From Aeromonadaceae bacterium (GTDB lineage: Bacteria; Pseudomonadota; Gammaproteobacteria; Enterobacterales; Aeromonadaceae), in the NCBI GenBank assembly GCA_041441555.1, contig JASDSW010000082.1, positions 26,140-90,139 on the forward strand: a stretch of DNA of 64,000 nt, read 5' to 3'. The notes beneath the pieces are model-generated. The model worked only from the letters and a program-made list of their open reading frames with translations. It was not told the DNA's origin and searched no databases. Position numbers and translations under genes: made by a program. Below, piece by piece: positions 51,472-64,000 of this stretch; position 1 is the first letter of the stretch, and every line of letters begins with the position of its first letter.

Positions 51472-51646
51472 GCTAGCCTCTGGGAAAACTTGTAATTTCG
51501 AGCGAATCGCTAAAAAATAGGCCTCAAAATTCCATTTTGGCATATTTTACCTGGTGAAAACGGTCGTTTATTGGCCAACCAGCCAAGCAACCATGCCACA
51601 TTATCGAATAAACCTTGCACTTTGTCTTTAGGACCAAGGAGTCTCC

Positions 51647-53149
51647 ATGGAGTTCAGCGTTAAAAGCGGCAGCCCCGAGAAGCAGCGCAGTGCTTGCATC
51701 GTCGTCGGCGTGTTTGAACCCCGTCGTCTCTCCAGTGTCGCCGAACAGCTGGATCGTATCAGTGATGGCTATCTTAGCGCCCTGTTGCGCCGCGGCGATC
51801 TGGAAGGCAAGGCCGGCCAGATGCTGTTGCTGCATCAGGTGCCCGGAGTGCTCTCCGAACGTGTCCTGTTGGTCGGCTGCGGCAAGGAGCGCGAACTGGA
51901 CGAGCGCCAGTTCAAGCAGATCATGCAGAAGACCATCAGCACCCTGAACGAAACCGGCTCCATGGAGGCGGTCTGCTTCCTCACCGAGCTGCACGTCAAG
52001 GGGCGCGATACCTACTGGAAGGTACGTCAGGCCATCGAGACCACGCAGGCGGGTCTCTACAACTTTGACCAGTTCAAAACCAACAAGGCCGAGCTGCGCC
52101 GTCCACTGCGCAAGCTGGTGTTCAATGTGCCGACCCGTCGTGAACTGCCCACCGGCGAACGTGCCATCGCGCACGGTTTGGCGGTGGCCAAAGGGGTTCG
52201 CGTCTGCCGCGATGTGGGCAACATGCCGCCCAATATCTGTACTCCGGCCTATCTGGCTTCCCAGGCGCGCCGTCTGGCCGATGCCTGCCCGAACATCACC
52301 ACCAAGGTCATCGGCGAACAGCAGATGGCCGAGCTGGGCATGAACTCCTACCTAGCGGTGGCACGAGGCTCCGAGAATGAAGCCATGATGTCGATCATGG
52401 AGTACAAGGGGCATCCGGATGCCAAGCCCATCGTCCTCATCGGCAAGGGGCTGACCTTCGACTCCGGTGGTCTCTCCATCAAGCCTGCCGAAGCCATGGA
52501 CGAGATGAAATACGACATGGGGGGGGCTGCCGCCGTGCTCGGCACCATGCATGCCCTGGCCGAACTCAAGCTGCCACTGAATGTGGTGGGGGTTCTGGCC
52601 GGCGCCGAGAACATGCCCGACGGCAAAGCCTATCGCCCCGGCGATATTCTCACCTCCATGTCCGGCCAGACCATCGAAGTGCTCAACACCGATGCCGAAG
52701 GGCGACTGGTGCTCTGTGATGCCCTCACCTACGCCGAGCGTTTCGATCCGGAATCGGTCATCGATGTCGCGACCCTGACCGGCGCCTGTGTGATCGCCCT
52801 CGGCCATCACACCACAGGCTTGCTGGCCAACCACAATCCGCTGGCCCACGAGCTGCTCGCCGCCGCCGAACTCTCCGGCGACAAGACCTGGCGCCTGCCG
52901 CTGTGGGATGAGTACCAGGAGCAGCTGGAGAGCCCGTTTGCCGACATGACCAACGTCGGAGGACGCCCCGGTGGCGCCATCACCGCGGCCGCCTTCCTGT
53001 CGCGCTTTGCCAAGAAGTTCAACTGGGCGCATCTGGATATCGCCGGCACCGCCTGGAAATCCGGCAAGGAGAAGGGAGCCACCGGGCGCCCCGTGCCGCT
53101 GCTGACCCAGTTCCTGCTGAGCCGCGCCGGCGTAGACCTTGACGAGTAA
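51647..53149 (+). CDS. pepA: Leucyl aminopeptidase PepA
   Basis: [25 protein letters not shown]. Confidence 0.97.
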   Translation: MEFSVKSGSPEKQRSACIVVGVFEPRRLSSVAEQLDRISDGYLSALLRRGDLEGKAGQMLLLHQVPGVLSERVLLVGCGKERELDERQFKQIMQKTISTLNETGSMEAVCFLTELHVKGRDTYWKVRQAIETTQAGLYNFDQFKTNKAELRRPLRKLVFNVPTRRELPTGERAIAHGLAVAKGVRVCRDVGNMPPNICTPAYLASQARRLADACPNITTKVIGEQQMAELGMNSYLAVARGSENEAMMSIMEYKGHPDAKPIVLIGKGLTFDSGGLSIKPAEAMDEMKYDMGGAAAVLGTMHALAELKLPLNVVGVLAGAENMPDGKAYRPGDILTSMSGQTIEVLNTDAEGRLVLCDALTYAERFDPESVIDVATLTGACVIALGHHTTGLLANHNPLAHELLAAAELSGDKTWRLPLWDEYQEQLESPFADMTNVGGRPGGAITAAAFLSRFAKKFNWAHLDIAGTAWKSGKEKGATGRPVPLLTQFLLSRAGVDLDE

Positions 53150-53185
53150 GGAGCCGGGGGGATGCCCGCCGCCCCCCGAACCGAG

Positions 53186-53662
53186 ATGAAAACAGCCACC
53201 TTCTTCCTGTTACCGACCACGACTCAGAGTGATGCCGACGTCCAGTTGGCACTCGCCTGCCGACTGGCCACCGAACGCTACCGTCTCGGCCAGAGTCTGT
53301 TTTTGTGCGTCGCGGATCAGGATCAGGGCTGGCGACTCGACGAAATGCTCTGGCAGCAAGAGGCCGACAGCTTCGTGCCCCACAGCCTCTCCGAGGAGCC
53401 AACGGCGCACCAGGCTCCCGTCGAGATCGGCACCGGCCTGCCCCGCCGCAACCGCCAGCTGCTGATCAACCTCAGCCCGCAGGCACCGGCATTTGCAGGA
53501 CGCTTTGCCGAAGTGGTAGATTTTGTCCCCACCGATGATTCCCTCAAACAGCTGGCCCGCGAACGCTACAAGCAGTATCGCGCCGCCGGCTTCACGCTGC
53601 AGACCCAGGCTGCGCCCAGCGCAGCCGAAGCCCAGGCGATCGACAGACCCGAGACCGACTAA
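53186..53662 (+). CDS. holC: DNA polymerase III chi subunit
   Basis: LDEMLWQ...SFVPH, ARERYKQYR; between pepA and valS. Confidence 0.93.
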   Translation: MKTATFFLLPTTTQSDADVQLALACRLATERYRLGQSLFLCVADQDQGWRLDEMLWQQEADSFVPHSLSEEPTAHQAPVEIGTGLPRRNRQLLINLSPQAPAFAGRFAEVVDFVPTDDSLKQLARERYKQYRAAGFTLQTQAAPSAAEAQAIDRPETD

Positions 53663-53665
53663 AAA

Positions 53666-56524
<2,859 letters not shown>

Positions 56525-56553
56525 TCCAGCCCGAGATTCTACCCTGCAAAGAC

Positions 56554-56582
56554 CAAGACCCCGGCCCAAAGCCGGGGTCTTG
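56554..56582. terminator. Intrinsic terminator after valS
   Basis: CAAGACCCCGGC-CCAAA-GCCGGGGTCTTG. Confidence 0.75.
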
Positions 56583-56625
56583 TTATCGGGCGATACCAAA
56601 GCAGATCATCAGACTCAAGAAGCTC

Positions 56626-57138
56626 TCAACGCCGACACCAGCGCCGCACCAACCACAGCAGAGCTCCCAAGCCTCCCGACCACAGGCAGAAGGCCTCCAG
56701 CCTGGCGATGCTCACCCAGCCATAAAACGGGTTGCCCGCATAGAGCGGCCATAGCGGCTGAATATCGCCATGCATCAGGCCATCCAACAGCAGATGGCTG
56801 TAGGCGCCGAGCAAGCCACCCCACAGCAAGGCAGACCAACCGCATGAGAGCGGCAGCAATAACCAGCGCAGCCCATAGTGTGCCACCTCCCGGTTCCATC
56901 GGCGCAGCACCAAGCCACGCAGCAGACGAGCCAGCAGAACGGCGCCTAGGCCGAGCGGCAGCGCCCACAGTAGGGTATGGGTTCGGCCGTGCAGCACAGG
57001 GGCATGACGAATCAATCCCAGCAAGGGCTCGATATCCATCAGGATCTGGGCACAACCAAAGGCGAACAGACTGAATCGTCGCTCACAACCGGCCTTCAGC
57101 AACAGCGCAGGTCCCATGTGCAAGGGAGTAAACGGCAT
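56626..57138 (-). CDS. Membrane metal-dependent hydrolase-like protein
   Basis: MPFTPLH, MDIEP, HGRTHT, SHLLLDGLMH, PLWP. Confidence 0.75.
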   Translation of the reverse strand: MPFTPLHMGPALLLKAGCERRFSLFAFGCAQILMDIEPLLGLIRHAPVLHGRTHTLLWALPLGLGAVLLARLLRGLVLRRWNREVAHYGLRWLLLPLSCGWSALLWGGLLGAYSHLLLDGLMHGDIQPLWPLYAGNPFYGWVSIARLEAFCLWSGGLGALLWLVRRWCRR

Positions 57139-57203
57139 GATCTCTCCATGAAAAAGGCGCCTGCAAGGCGCCTTTATGATCCATAACTCGGCAGCTGATG
57201 GTA

Positions 57204-58304
57204 TCAATTTACCAGTTCAGCGGCTTTGGCCTCAACCGGCAGCAGCCAACGGGTCAGGGCCACCGGCTTGAGCAGTCGGGTCAGCAACACCTTGACACTC
57301 AACAGCAGCAACAGGATGGCCCCGATATCGACCAGGCGGTTGTCGACAAAGAAGACCACTGCCACTAGCAGAGCCGTCACCACCAGAGCCGGCAAGGCCG
57401 ACTGCAGGCGGGTCTTCTGTACCTCTTCACGATGGAGGTTGCCAGGCAGCGCCTTGGCGATGCGCTCGGCTGCATGGCGTTTCACCGCCGGGTTCAGGAA
57501 CTCCAGGGTTTCGGAGTCACTCTTACCATCCAGTTGATAGGAGACTGTGATGGTATCCTTATGGAAGTGACTCTCCACCTCGGTGATGGCACTGAGCGGA
57601 ATGCCGATGTACTTGTCACCGGCATTGGCCAGCAGATCCTCGATGGTGGCGCCGGATTGATAGAGCTTCTGCATGGTGCCGACTTGCTTCTTGTCGATCG
57701 AGACCGAGTAGAGGTGGCTGTCGGTCAGATAGACCAGATACTTGTCATCCACATCCAGCCAGCCGTTCTCGCTGTAAAAGCCTTCCGGCAAGACGCCTTT
57801 GGGCTCGCGGCCAAACAGCACCATCAAGACCCCGGTGATGGCACCGGAGATCATCAGGATCAGGCTAACATGGGGACGGAGCCGATCGATGGGGGTGCTG
57901 ACCGCCAGGCGATCGGCCACCATCTTCGGCATCGCCAGCTCAGGCTGTCCCTTGGGGTACCAGACTTCCAGGCTGTCGCCCTCGTTCAAGACTTCATATT
58001 CGCTCGCCGAGAGAATGGCATGGCCAGCCATCGGCTCGCCATCCAGCGAGAACTGATAGTCGGTGGAGTACTCATGCTCGGTGATCTTGCGTCCCTTGCG
58101 ACCGCGATGCTCGCTGACCTCATCGGTCACGGCATTGACGGTCGCCGTCGCCGTCTCATGTTGTTGCTCCAGTTGGCGCGCCTCTTTTTCCGCCTCGGTT
58201 GGTATGACCGCCACCACGGCCGCCGCAACCAGAGTCAACAGCACCATGAGGATGGTGATCGCCCGGCGTTTCTTCTGTCCCGGTGAGAGAATCTTCTTGG
58301 CCAT
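57204..58304 (-). CDS. Hypothetical multi-pass membrane protein
   Basis: AAGGAGGG RBS; TM, extracytoplasmic domain (YSTDYQF...VWYP), TM, soluble domain, two C-terminal TMs. Confidence 0.75.
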   Translation of the reverse strand: MAKKILSPGQKKRRAITILMVLLTLVAAAVVAVIPTEAEKEARQLEQQHETATATVNAVTDEVSEHRGRKGRKITEHEYSTDYQFSLDGEPMAGHAILSASEYEVLNEGDSLEVWYPKGQPELAMPKMVADRLAVSTPIDRLRPHVSLILMISGAITGVLMVLFGREPKGVLPEGFYSENGWLDVDDKYLVYLTDSHLYSVSIDKKQVGTMQKLYQSGATIEDLLANAGDKYIGIPLSAITEVESHFHKDTITVSYQLDGKSDSETLEFLNPAVKRHAAERIAKALPGNLHREEVQKTRLQSALPALVVTALLVAVVFFVDNRLVDIGAILLLLLSVKVLLTRLLKPVALTRWLLPVEAKAAELVN

Positions 58305-58571
58305 TCGGCCCTCCTTGCTTGTGATCTCATTCCATTTTATCCCAGCTTCGCATGAGTCAGTGGCAGCAAACGAAGCCGCGTTAGCATAACGAGCCAGCCA
58401 GAGGCCGCAATCGAAAACCGGCGATTCTGTGCGCAGAACGCGATCGTTTTGCACTATTTTTGACCGGGATCAGCAGAAAGCGCTTTCGTATAACTGATTG
58501 AAAAGTGGGTGATTGCGCCGAGTCATGGCTCAAGGAGCGGAGAGTAGAGGGCTGAACCAGGAGGAGAAATA

Positions 58572-58602
58572 CCTGCCCCACCACCGGAAGTGGTGGGGCA
58601 GG
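58572..58602 (-). terminator. Strong hairpin after the 58615-59385 gene
   Basis: CCTGCCCCACCAC-CGGAA-GTGGTGGGGCAGG. Confidence 0.6.
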
Positions 58603-58614
58603 CCGGCGACGAGG

Positions 58615-59385
58615 TTAAACCTCGTCGTAGAGGAAGATGTCGCGGTAGGCCAGATAGCTGGAGTACCACATGACCGGTACCATCACCAGCAGACCGATCA
58701 GCAGCATCAGGAAGCCGCAAAACATCAGTACTGTCGCAAGAACGCCCCACCAGCTTAGGACCCAGAAGTTCCGCAGACAGGCGCGAAAACTCAGCTTCAT
58801 CGCCGACCAGGGGGCCACCTGGTGGAAGAAGACCAAAGCAGGCGCGAACATGACCGCCATCATCACCGGGATGATCAAAGCGATGACAACCAACACCCAC
58901 AGCAGAAGCCGCAGGGCATAGGTTGGATCCACCTCGACCAGCTCCTCAAAATGGATCAGATTATCCAGACCAATGGAAATCATGGCGGCTAGCATTACCA
59001 ACAGCACAATCCCGAAGATCAGGGCCATGTTGATCACCGCGACGAGCACCAGGGGCCCCATCTGCTGACGAAAACCCTCGAAGTAGTCATTGAAGGAGAT
59101 GTAACCGGCGGTATGGGCACGATGGGCCACCGCCAGTGAGCCAGCGGCAAACACCATGCTGAATAGCTGATAGAGCAGGCTGCCACCGGGTACTATGCCG
59201 GAGGCCATCGACAGCACCACGCTGAACAGACAGATGCCGACGCTGACCCCCATGCCACGATTGAACAGACCAAAACCGCCGTAGAGCCAGCCCCAGCCCC
59301 GGCCAATCCGCACCCGGCGCGGCTGCAACCAGGTTGCCTCCGGTTGGCTCTCGGCCTCCTCGTTGATCGCGATAAATTCACCCAT
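58615..59385 (-). CDS. BPSS1780-like integral membrane protein
   Basis: GRGWGWL..GF.LF, FAPALV, AMKLSFRACLRN, SYLAYRDIF. Confidence 0.75.
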   Translation of the reverse strand: MGEFIAINEEAESQPEATWLQPRRVRIGRGWGWLYGGFGLFNRGMGVSVGICLFSVVLSMASGIVPGGSLLYQLFSMVFAAGSLAVAHRAHTAGYISFNDYFEGFRQQMGPLVLVAVINMALIFGIVLLVMLAAMISIGLDNLIHFEELVEVDPTYALRLLLWVLVVIALIIPVMMAVMFAPALVFFHQVAPWSAMKLSFRACLRNFWVLSWWGVLATVLMFCGFLMLLIGLLVMVPVMWYSSYLAYRDIFLYDEV

Positions 59386-59555
59386 GATTTCCAGTCTCCC
59401 TGTGTTTGTTGTTTATTCCATGCCGAGAGGTGCCCTCAATGGGGCTGGTTATACCGGTTTTGCGCCTGGCGGTCTGTGAAATGCCCCCAGCCTGTGATCG
59501 CCCCCCGACAAAAAGCCCTCGCAGAGCGAGGGCTTCGTTTGGTTATGTTAGCGGA

Positions 59556-60494
59556 TCAGCAATCCAGACGCAGCTCCTGCGGCACCTCGAAGATGACATC
59601 CTCTTCCTTGCCACCCAGCTCACAGACCTCACCACCGCCAATGGCCTGCAGGCGGGCCACCACCTGCTGCACCAACACCTCGGGCGCCGAGGCACCGGCG
59701 GTGACGCCAACAGTTGTCACACCTTGGAACCATTCGGCTTGCAGCTGATCGGCATCATCCACCAGATAGGCATGGGTGCCGAGCCGCTCGGCCAGCTCAC
59801 GCAGCCGGTTGGAGTTGGAGGAGTTGCGCGAGCCGACCACGATGAACAAGTCCACCTGGGCGGCCAACTCACGCACCGCATCCTGACGATTCTGGGTCGC
59901 GTAGCAGATATCATCCTTGCGCGGTCCCTGAATGGCCGGGAATTGCTGCTGCAGCGCGGCAATCACCGACTTGGTCTCGTCGACGCTCAGGGTGGTCTGG
60001 GTGACAAAATGCAGATGACCGGCATCCTTGACCTGCAAGGCGGCGACATCAGCCTCATCCTCGACCAGATACATGCCCGCCTGCGGACTCTCGTACTGGC
60101 CGATGGTCCCCTCCACTTCCGGGTGGCCGGCGTGACCAATCATGATCACCTCCTGCGCCTTGCGGCTGGCCCGGTGAACCTCCATGTGCACCTTGCTCAC
60201 CAGCGGACAGGTGGCATCGAATACTCGCAGGCCGCGCAAGCGGGCCTCTTCGCGCACCGCCTTGGATACACCATGGGCCGAGAAGATGACGATCTGGCCA
60301 TCCGGCACCTCGGAGAGCTCCTCGACAAACCGTGCTCCCGCCTGGCGCAGCGACTCGACCACGTAGCGGTTGTGCACCACCTCGTGGCGGACATAGATGG
60401 GCGCACCGAATTTGGCCAGCGCATTCTCGACGATACTGATGGCCCGATCGACCCCAGCACAGAAACCCCGTGGATTGGCCAGCAGGATCTTCAT
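59556..60494 (-). CDS. ispH: 4-hydroxy-3-methylbut-2-enyl diphosphate reductase
   Basis: [32 protein letters not shown]. Confidence 0.97.
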   Translation of the reverse strand: MKILLANPRGFCAGVDRAISIVENALAKFGAPIYVRHEVVHNRYVVESLRQAGARFVEELSEVPDGQIVIFSAHGVSKAVREEARLRGLRVFDATCPLVSKVHMEVHRASRKAQEVIMIGHAGHPEVEGTIGQYESPQAGMYLVEDEADVAALQVKDAGHLHFVTQTTLSVDETKSVIAALQQQFPAIQGPRKDDICYATQNRQDAVRELAAQVDLFIVVGSRNSSNSNRLRELAERLGTHAYLVDDADQLQAEWFQGVTTVGVTAGASAPEVLVQQVVARLQAIGGGEVCELGGKEEDVIFEVPQELRLDC

Positions 60495-60496
60495 GC

Positions 60497-61012
60497 TCAG
60501 GCTTCCTTCTCATCGGCAGCGGGCTGCGGCTTCTTGCGCAGCCCATCCAGCACGATCATGGCGGCGCCGACCGTGATGGCACAGTCCGCCAGGTTGAAGG
60601 CCGGGAAAATATAGCCCTGCCAGTAGAACAACAGAAAGTCGACCACATGGCCATAGACCAGGCGATCGATGAGATTGCCGATGGCCCCGCCGATCACCAG
60701 CACGAATGCTAGGTTCAGCCAGAGCTGGCTGGCCGCCTGCCGACGCAGACCAACGGTCATGGCCGCCGAGACCCCGATGGCAAACAGGGCGAAGAACCAG
60801 CGCTGCCAGCCCCCCTGATGGGCCAGGAAGCTGAAGGCGGCCCCCGTGTTATACACATGCACTATGTTGAAGAACGGCAGCACCTTGATTCCGGGGCCAC
60901 CATAGGGCAGCCCGTCGAGGATTGCCAGCTTGGCCAGCTGATCCAGAGTCACCACCACCAGCGCCAACCACAGCCAGCGCACGCCACTTTGCTTCCAGCT
61001 CGGAGTCATCAT
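60497..61012 (-). CDS. lspA: Lipoprotein signal peptidase
   Basis: [25 protein letters not shown]. Confidence 0.97.
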   Translation of the reverse strand: MMTPSWKQSGVRWLWLALVVVTLDQLAKLAILDGLPYGGPGIKVLPFFNIVHVYNTGAAFSFLAHQGGWQRWFFALFAIGVSAAMTVGLRRQAASQLWLNLAFVLVIGGAIGNLIDRLVYGHVVDFLLFYWQGYIFPAFNLADCAITVGAAMIVLDGLRKKPQPAADEKEA

Positions 61013-63837
61013 GCAAACGCCCGCGTTTCGCCATCACCATCGATGTTGGTCACACAGCGACCACAGATCCCCTCGTGGCCAGCGATGGTGCCCACATCGG
61101 CCACATGGTGCCAGCAGCGCTCGCACTTGGCAGCCTCGGTCGCCGTCACGTTCAGCCACAGACCCGCCAGCTCGGTGGCCTGCGCATCGGCCGGCGCTGC
61201 CGTAACAGCTTCCACCTTGGCTTGCGAGGTGATGAGCACGAAGCGCAGCTCTTCGCCCAGACGGGTCAGCTTCTCGGCCAGGGCCGGTTCGGCATACAGG
61301 GTCACTTCGGCCTGCAGGGAGCTGCCGATACGCTTGTCGGCACGAGCCGCTTCCAGCGCCTTGTTCACCTCACCACGCACCAGCAGCAGTTCGGCCCAGT
61401 AGGCCTCATCCAGCGCCTCGCCTTCCTTCAACCCGAACAGGCCGTCGAACCACTCTTCGGTGAAGACAAACTGGGCGCGCTCACCCGGCAGCAACTTCCA
61501 AATTTCGTCGGCGGTGAAGCTCATGATGGGCGCCATCCAGCGCACCATGGCCTCGGCGATGAGGAACAGGGCGCTCTGGCAGGAGCGACGCGCCAGGCTA
61601 TCCGCCTTGGCGGTGTACTGGCGATCCTTGATGATATCCAGATAGAAGGAGCCCATCTCCACCGAGCAGAACTGCATTAGCTTCTGGGTGACCAGGTGGA
61701 AATCGTAATTCTCGTAGGCTTCGACGATCTCCTGCTGTGCCTTCAGAGCACAACCGACCGCCCAGCGATCCAGCACCACCATCTCATCGGCAGCCACCAT
61801 GTGCTTAGCCGGATCGAAACCGTTGAGGTTGGCCAGCAGGAAGCGAGCGGTGTTGCGGATGCGGCGATAGGCATCGGCGGAGCGCTTCAGGATCTCGTCG
61901 GAGACCGTCATCTCGCCGCTGTAGTCGGTCGAAGCCACCCACAGGCGCAGGATGTCGGCACCCAGCTTGTTCATCACCTCTTGCGGGCTAACCACGTTGC
62001 CCAGAGACTTGGACATCTTGCGCCCCTGACCATCGACGGTGAAGCCGTGAGTCAGCACCTGGTTGTAGGGGGCCTGATGCTTCATGGCGACGCCGATCAT
62101 CAGCGAGGACATGAACCAGCCGCGGTGCTGATCTGACCCTTCCAGGTACATGTCCGCCTCATGGCCGTTAAACTCGGGACGCACATTGACCACGGAGGCA
62201 TGGGTCGAACCTGAGTCAAACCAGACGTCCAGGGTATCCTTCACCTTCTCGTAGTGGGCGGCATCGTCACCCAGCAGCTCGGCCGGATCCAGATCCCACC
62301 AGGCTTGAATGCCGGCAACTTCGACCCGTTTGGCCACCTCTTCCATCAGTTCGACGGAGCGCGGGTGCAAGGCTTGCGTCTCCTTGTGCACGAACAGGGC
62401 GATCGGTACCCCCCAGGTGCGCTGACGGGAAATACACCAGTCCGGACGGTTCTCCACCATGGCCTCGATGCGGTTCTGCCCCCAGGCAGGGATCCACTTC
62501 ACCGACTTGATCTCGGAGAGCGCCTTCTGGCGCAGGCCCGCCTGCTCCATGCTGATGAACCACTGGGGCGTGGCACGGAAGATAATCGGAGTCTTGTGGC
62601 GCCAGCAGTGCGGGTAGGAGTGCTGAATGGCCTGATGGTGCAGCAGAGCGCCGCGCTCCTGAAGCACCTCGACCACCGAGGCATTGGCCTTGAAGACATG
62701 CTGACCGGCAAAAAGCTCGGTATCCGGCAGATAGACGCCGTTGCCACCGACCGGATTGGCCACTTCCAAACCATATTTCTGGCCGACCGCGAAGTCTTCC
62801 TGACCGTGGCCCGGGGCGGTGTGCACGGCGCCGGTACCGGAGTCGAGGGTGACGTGATCGCCGAGGATCACCGGCACATCAAAGGCATAGAAGGGGTGGT
62901 GGAAGCGCAGCAGCTCCAGCGAAGCCCCCTTGCAGTAGCCCAGGTTGTGATACTGGCTGATGCCGGCACGATCCATCACATCCTTAACCAAGGCTTCCGC
63001 CAGGATCAGACGCTCAGGATGGTCGCCTTCCACCTGCACCAGCGCATAATCCAGCTCGGCGTGCAGAGCGACAGCCCGGTTGGCTGGCAGGGTCCAGGGG
63101 GTGGTGGTCCAGATCACCACCGACAGCGGGCCCTGACCGGTATGGCCATCGGCACAATCGAAGGCAGCCGCGACCTGGGCCTCATCGACCGCCTGGAAAC
63201 GCACATCGATGGAGGGCGAGCTCTTGTCGTAGTACTCCACTTCGGCCTCGGCCAGCGCCGAGCCGCAATCGGTACACCAATGCACCGGCTTGGACCCCTT
63301 GTGCAGATGGCCGTTGCTGATGATTTTGCCCAAGGAGCGGATGATGTGCGCCTCGGTATTAAAATCCATGGTCAGATAGGGTTTGTCCCAATCGCCCAGT
63401 ACCCCCAGACGCACAAAGTCGGCCTTCTGAGCTTCGACCTGGCTCTTGGCGTATTTCCGGCACTCGGCACGGAACTCGGCCGCCGAGACCTTCTCGCCTG
63501 GCTTGCCGACCAGCCCTTCCACCTTCAGTTCGATGGGCAGACCATGGCAGTCCCACCCCGGCACATAGGGAGAGTCAAACCCCGCCATCCCCTTGGACTT
63601 GATGATGATGTCCTTGAGGATCTTGTTGACCGAGTGACCAATGTGAATATTGCCGTTTGCGTAGGGGGGGCCATCGTGCAGGATGAAGGACTTCTTGCCC
63701 TTCTTGGCGTTGCGGATCACGCCGTACAGATCCTGGTCATACCACGCCTTCAGCATCTCCGGCTCACGCTTGGCCAGATCGCCACGCATCGGAAACGGGG
63801 TTTCCGGCAAATTCAGGGTATGTTTATAGTCGCTCAT
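61009..63837 (-). CDS. ileS: Isoleucine--tRNA ligase
   Basis: [21 protein letters not shown]-terminal CERCW zinc finger. Confidence 0.98.
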   Translation of the reverse strand: MSDYKHTLNLPETPFPMRGDLAKREPEMLKAWYDQDLYGVIRNAKKGKKSFILHDGPPYANGNIHIGHSVNKILKDIIIKSKGMAGFDSPYVPGWDCHGLPIELKVEGLVGKPGEKVSAAEFRAECRKYAKSQVEAQKADFVRLGVLGDWDKPYLTMDFNTEAHIIRSLGKIISNGHLHKGSKPVHWCTDCGSALAEAEVEYYDKSSPSIDVRFQAVDEAQVAAAFDCADGHTGQGPLSVVIWTTTPWTLPANRAVALHAELDYALVQVEGDHPERLILAEALVKDVMDRAGISQYHNLGYCKGASLELLRFHHPFYAFDVPVILGDHVTLDSGTGAVHTAPGHGQEDFAVGQKYGLEVANPVGGNGVYLPDTELFAGQHVFKANASVVEVLQERGALLHHQAIQHSYPHCWRHKTPIIFRATPQWFISMEQAGLRQKALSEIKSVKWIPAWGQNRIEAMVENRPDWCISRQRTWGVPIALFVHKETQALHPRSVELMEEVAKRVEVAGIQAWWDLDPAELLGDDAAHYEKVKDTLDVWFDSGSTHASVVNVRPEFNGHEADMYLEGSDQHRGWFMSSLMIGVAMKHQAPYNQVLTHGFTVDGQGRKMSKSLGNVVSPQEVMNKLGADILRLWVASTDYSGEMTVSDEILKRSADAYRRIRNTARFLLANLNGFDPAKHMVAADEMVVLDRWAVGCALKAQQEIVEAYENYDFHLVTQKLMQFCSVEMGSFYLDIIKDRQYTAKADSLARRSCQSALFLIAEAMVRWMAPIMSFTADEIWKLLPGERAQFVFTEEWFDGLFGLKEGEALDEAYWAELLLVRGEVNKALEAARADKRIGSSLQAEVTLYAEPALAEKLTRLGEELRFVLITSQAKVEAVTAAPADAQATELAGLWLNVTATEAAKCERCWHHVADVGTIAGHEGICGRCVTNIDGDGETRAFA

Positions 63838-64000
63838 CAGTCCTGGGTTCCATATGGTTCAATAGGGGTTGCCGCGAGGCCGAAATAACGGCGGGCCGTG
63901 GCAGCATCCTCACGGATCTGCGCATGCAGGGCGGCAAAAGAGTCAAACTTCTTCTCGTCACGGAGCTTATGACACAGCCGGACACGGATGTGTCGGCCAT
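63837..64000 (-). CDS. ribF: Riboflavin kinase/FAD synthetase, 3' end only
   Basis: Manual translation ...[39 protein letters not shown]; stop overlaps the ileS ATG. Confidence 0.9.
   Translation of the reverse strand, partial: GRHIRVRLCHKLRDEKKFDSFAALHAQIREDAATARRYFGLAATPIEPYGTQD

Noticed and set aside
52519-52526. G8 tract in pepA (and G8 near the malS 3' end)
   Set aside because: Both are in frame and encode Gly codons; no sign of phase variation.
62254-63888. 544-aa plus-strand ORF
   Set aside because: Antisense shadow of ileS.

Overview
Chromosomal window of a GC-rich gammaproteobacterium; protein sequences and gene order suggest Aeromonadaceae (inference). Conserved blocks: pilU-pilT/yggS-proC-yggT-yggU, plsC, parC; the complete S10-spc-alpha ribosomal protein cluster (34.1-47.8 kb); lptG-lptF/pepA-holC-valS; ribF-ileS-lspA-ispH. 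From about 5 to 33.7 kb lies a mosaic of stand-alone accessory genes. No rRNA, tRNA, CRISPR array, transposase, integrase or prophage is evident. Main observations: (1) a cowN gene (CO protection of nitrogenase) with a sigma54 -24/-12 promoter and a NifA-type TGT-N10-ACA site but no nif genes in the window; (2) a contiguous rstA-rstB-asr-ydgD acid-shock module with a perfect RstA box, in which rstA is frameshifted at a C11 tract and ydgD lacks about 27 internal residues; (3) two unrelated Mn2+ exporters in tandem, each with its own yybP-ykoY riboswitch; (4) a PagL-like barrel and a ClpP-fold lipoprotein that both appear to lack catalytic residues; (5) an orphan urea/guanidine-type ABC binding protein behind a sigma54 promoter. 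All family calls come from motif recognition by eye; no database search was run.
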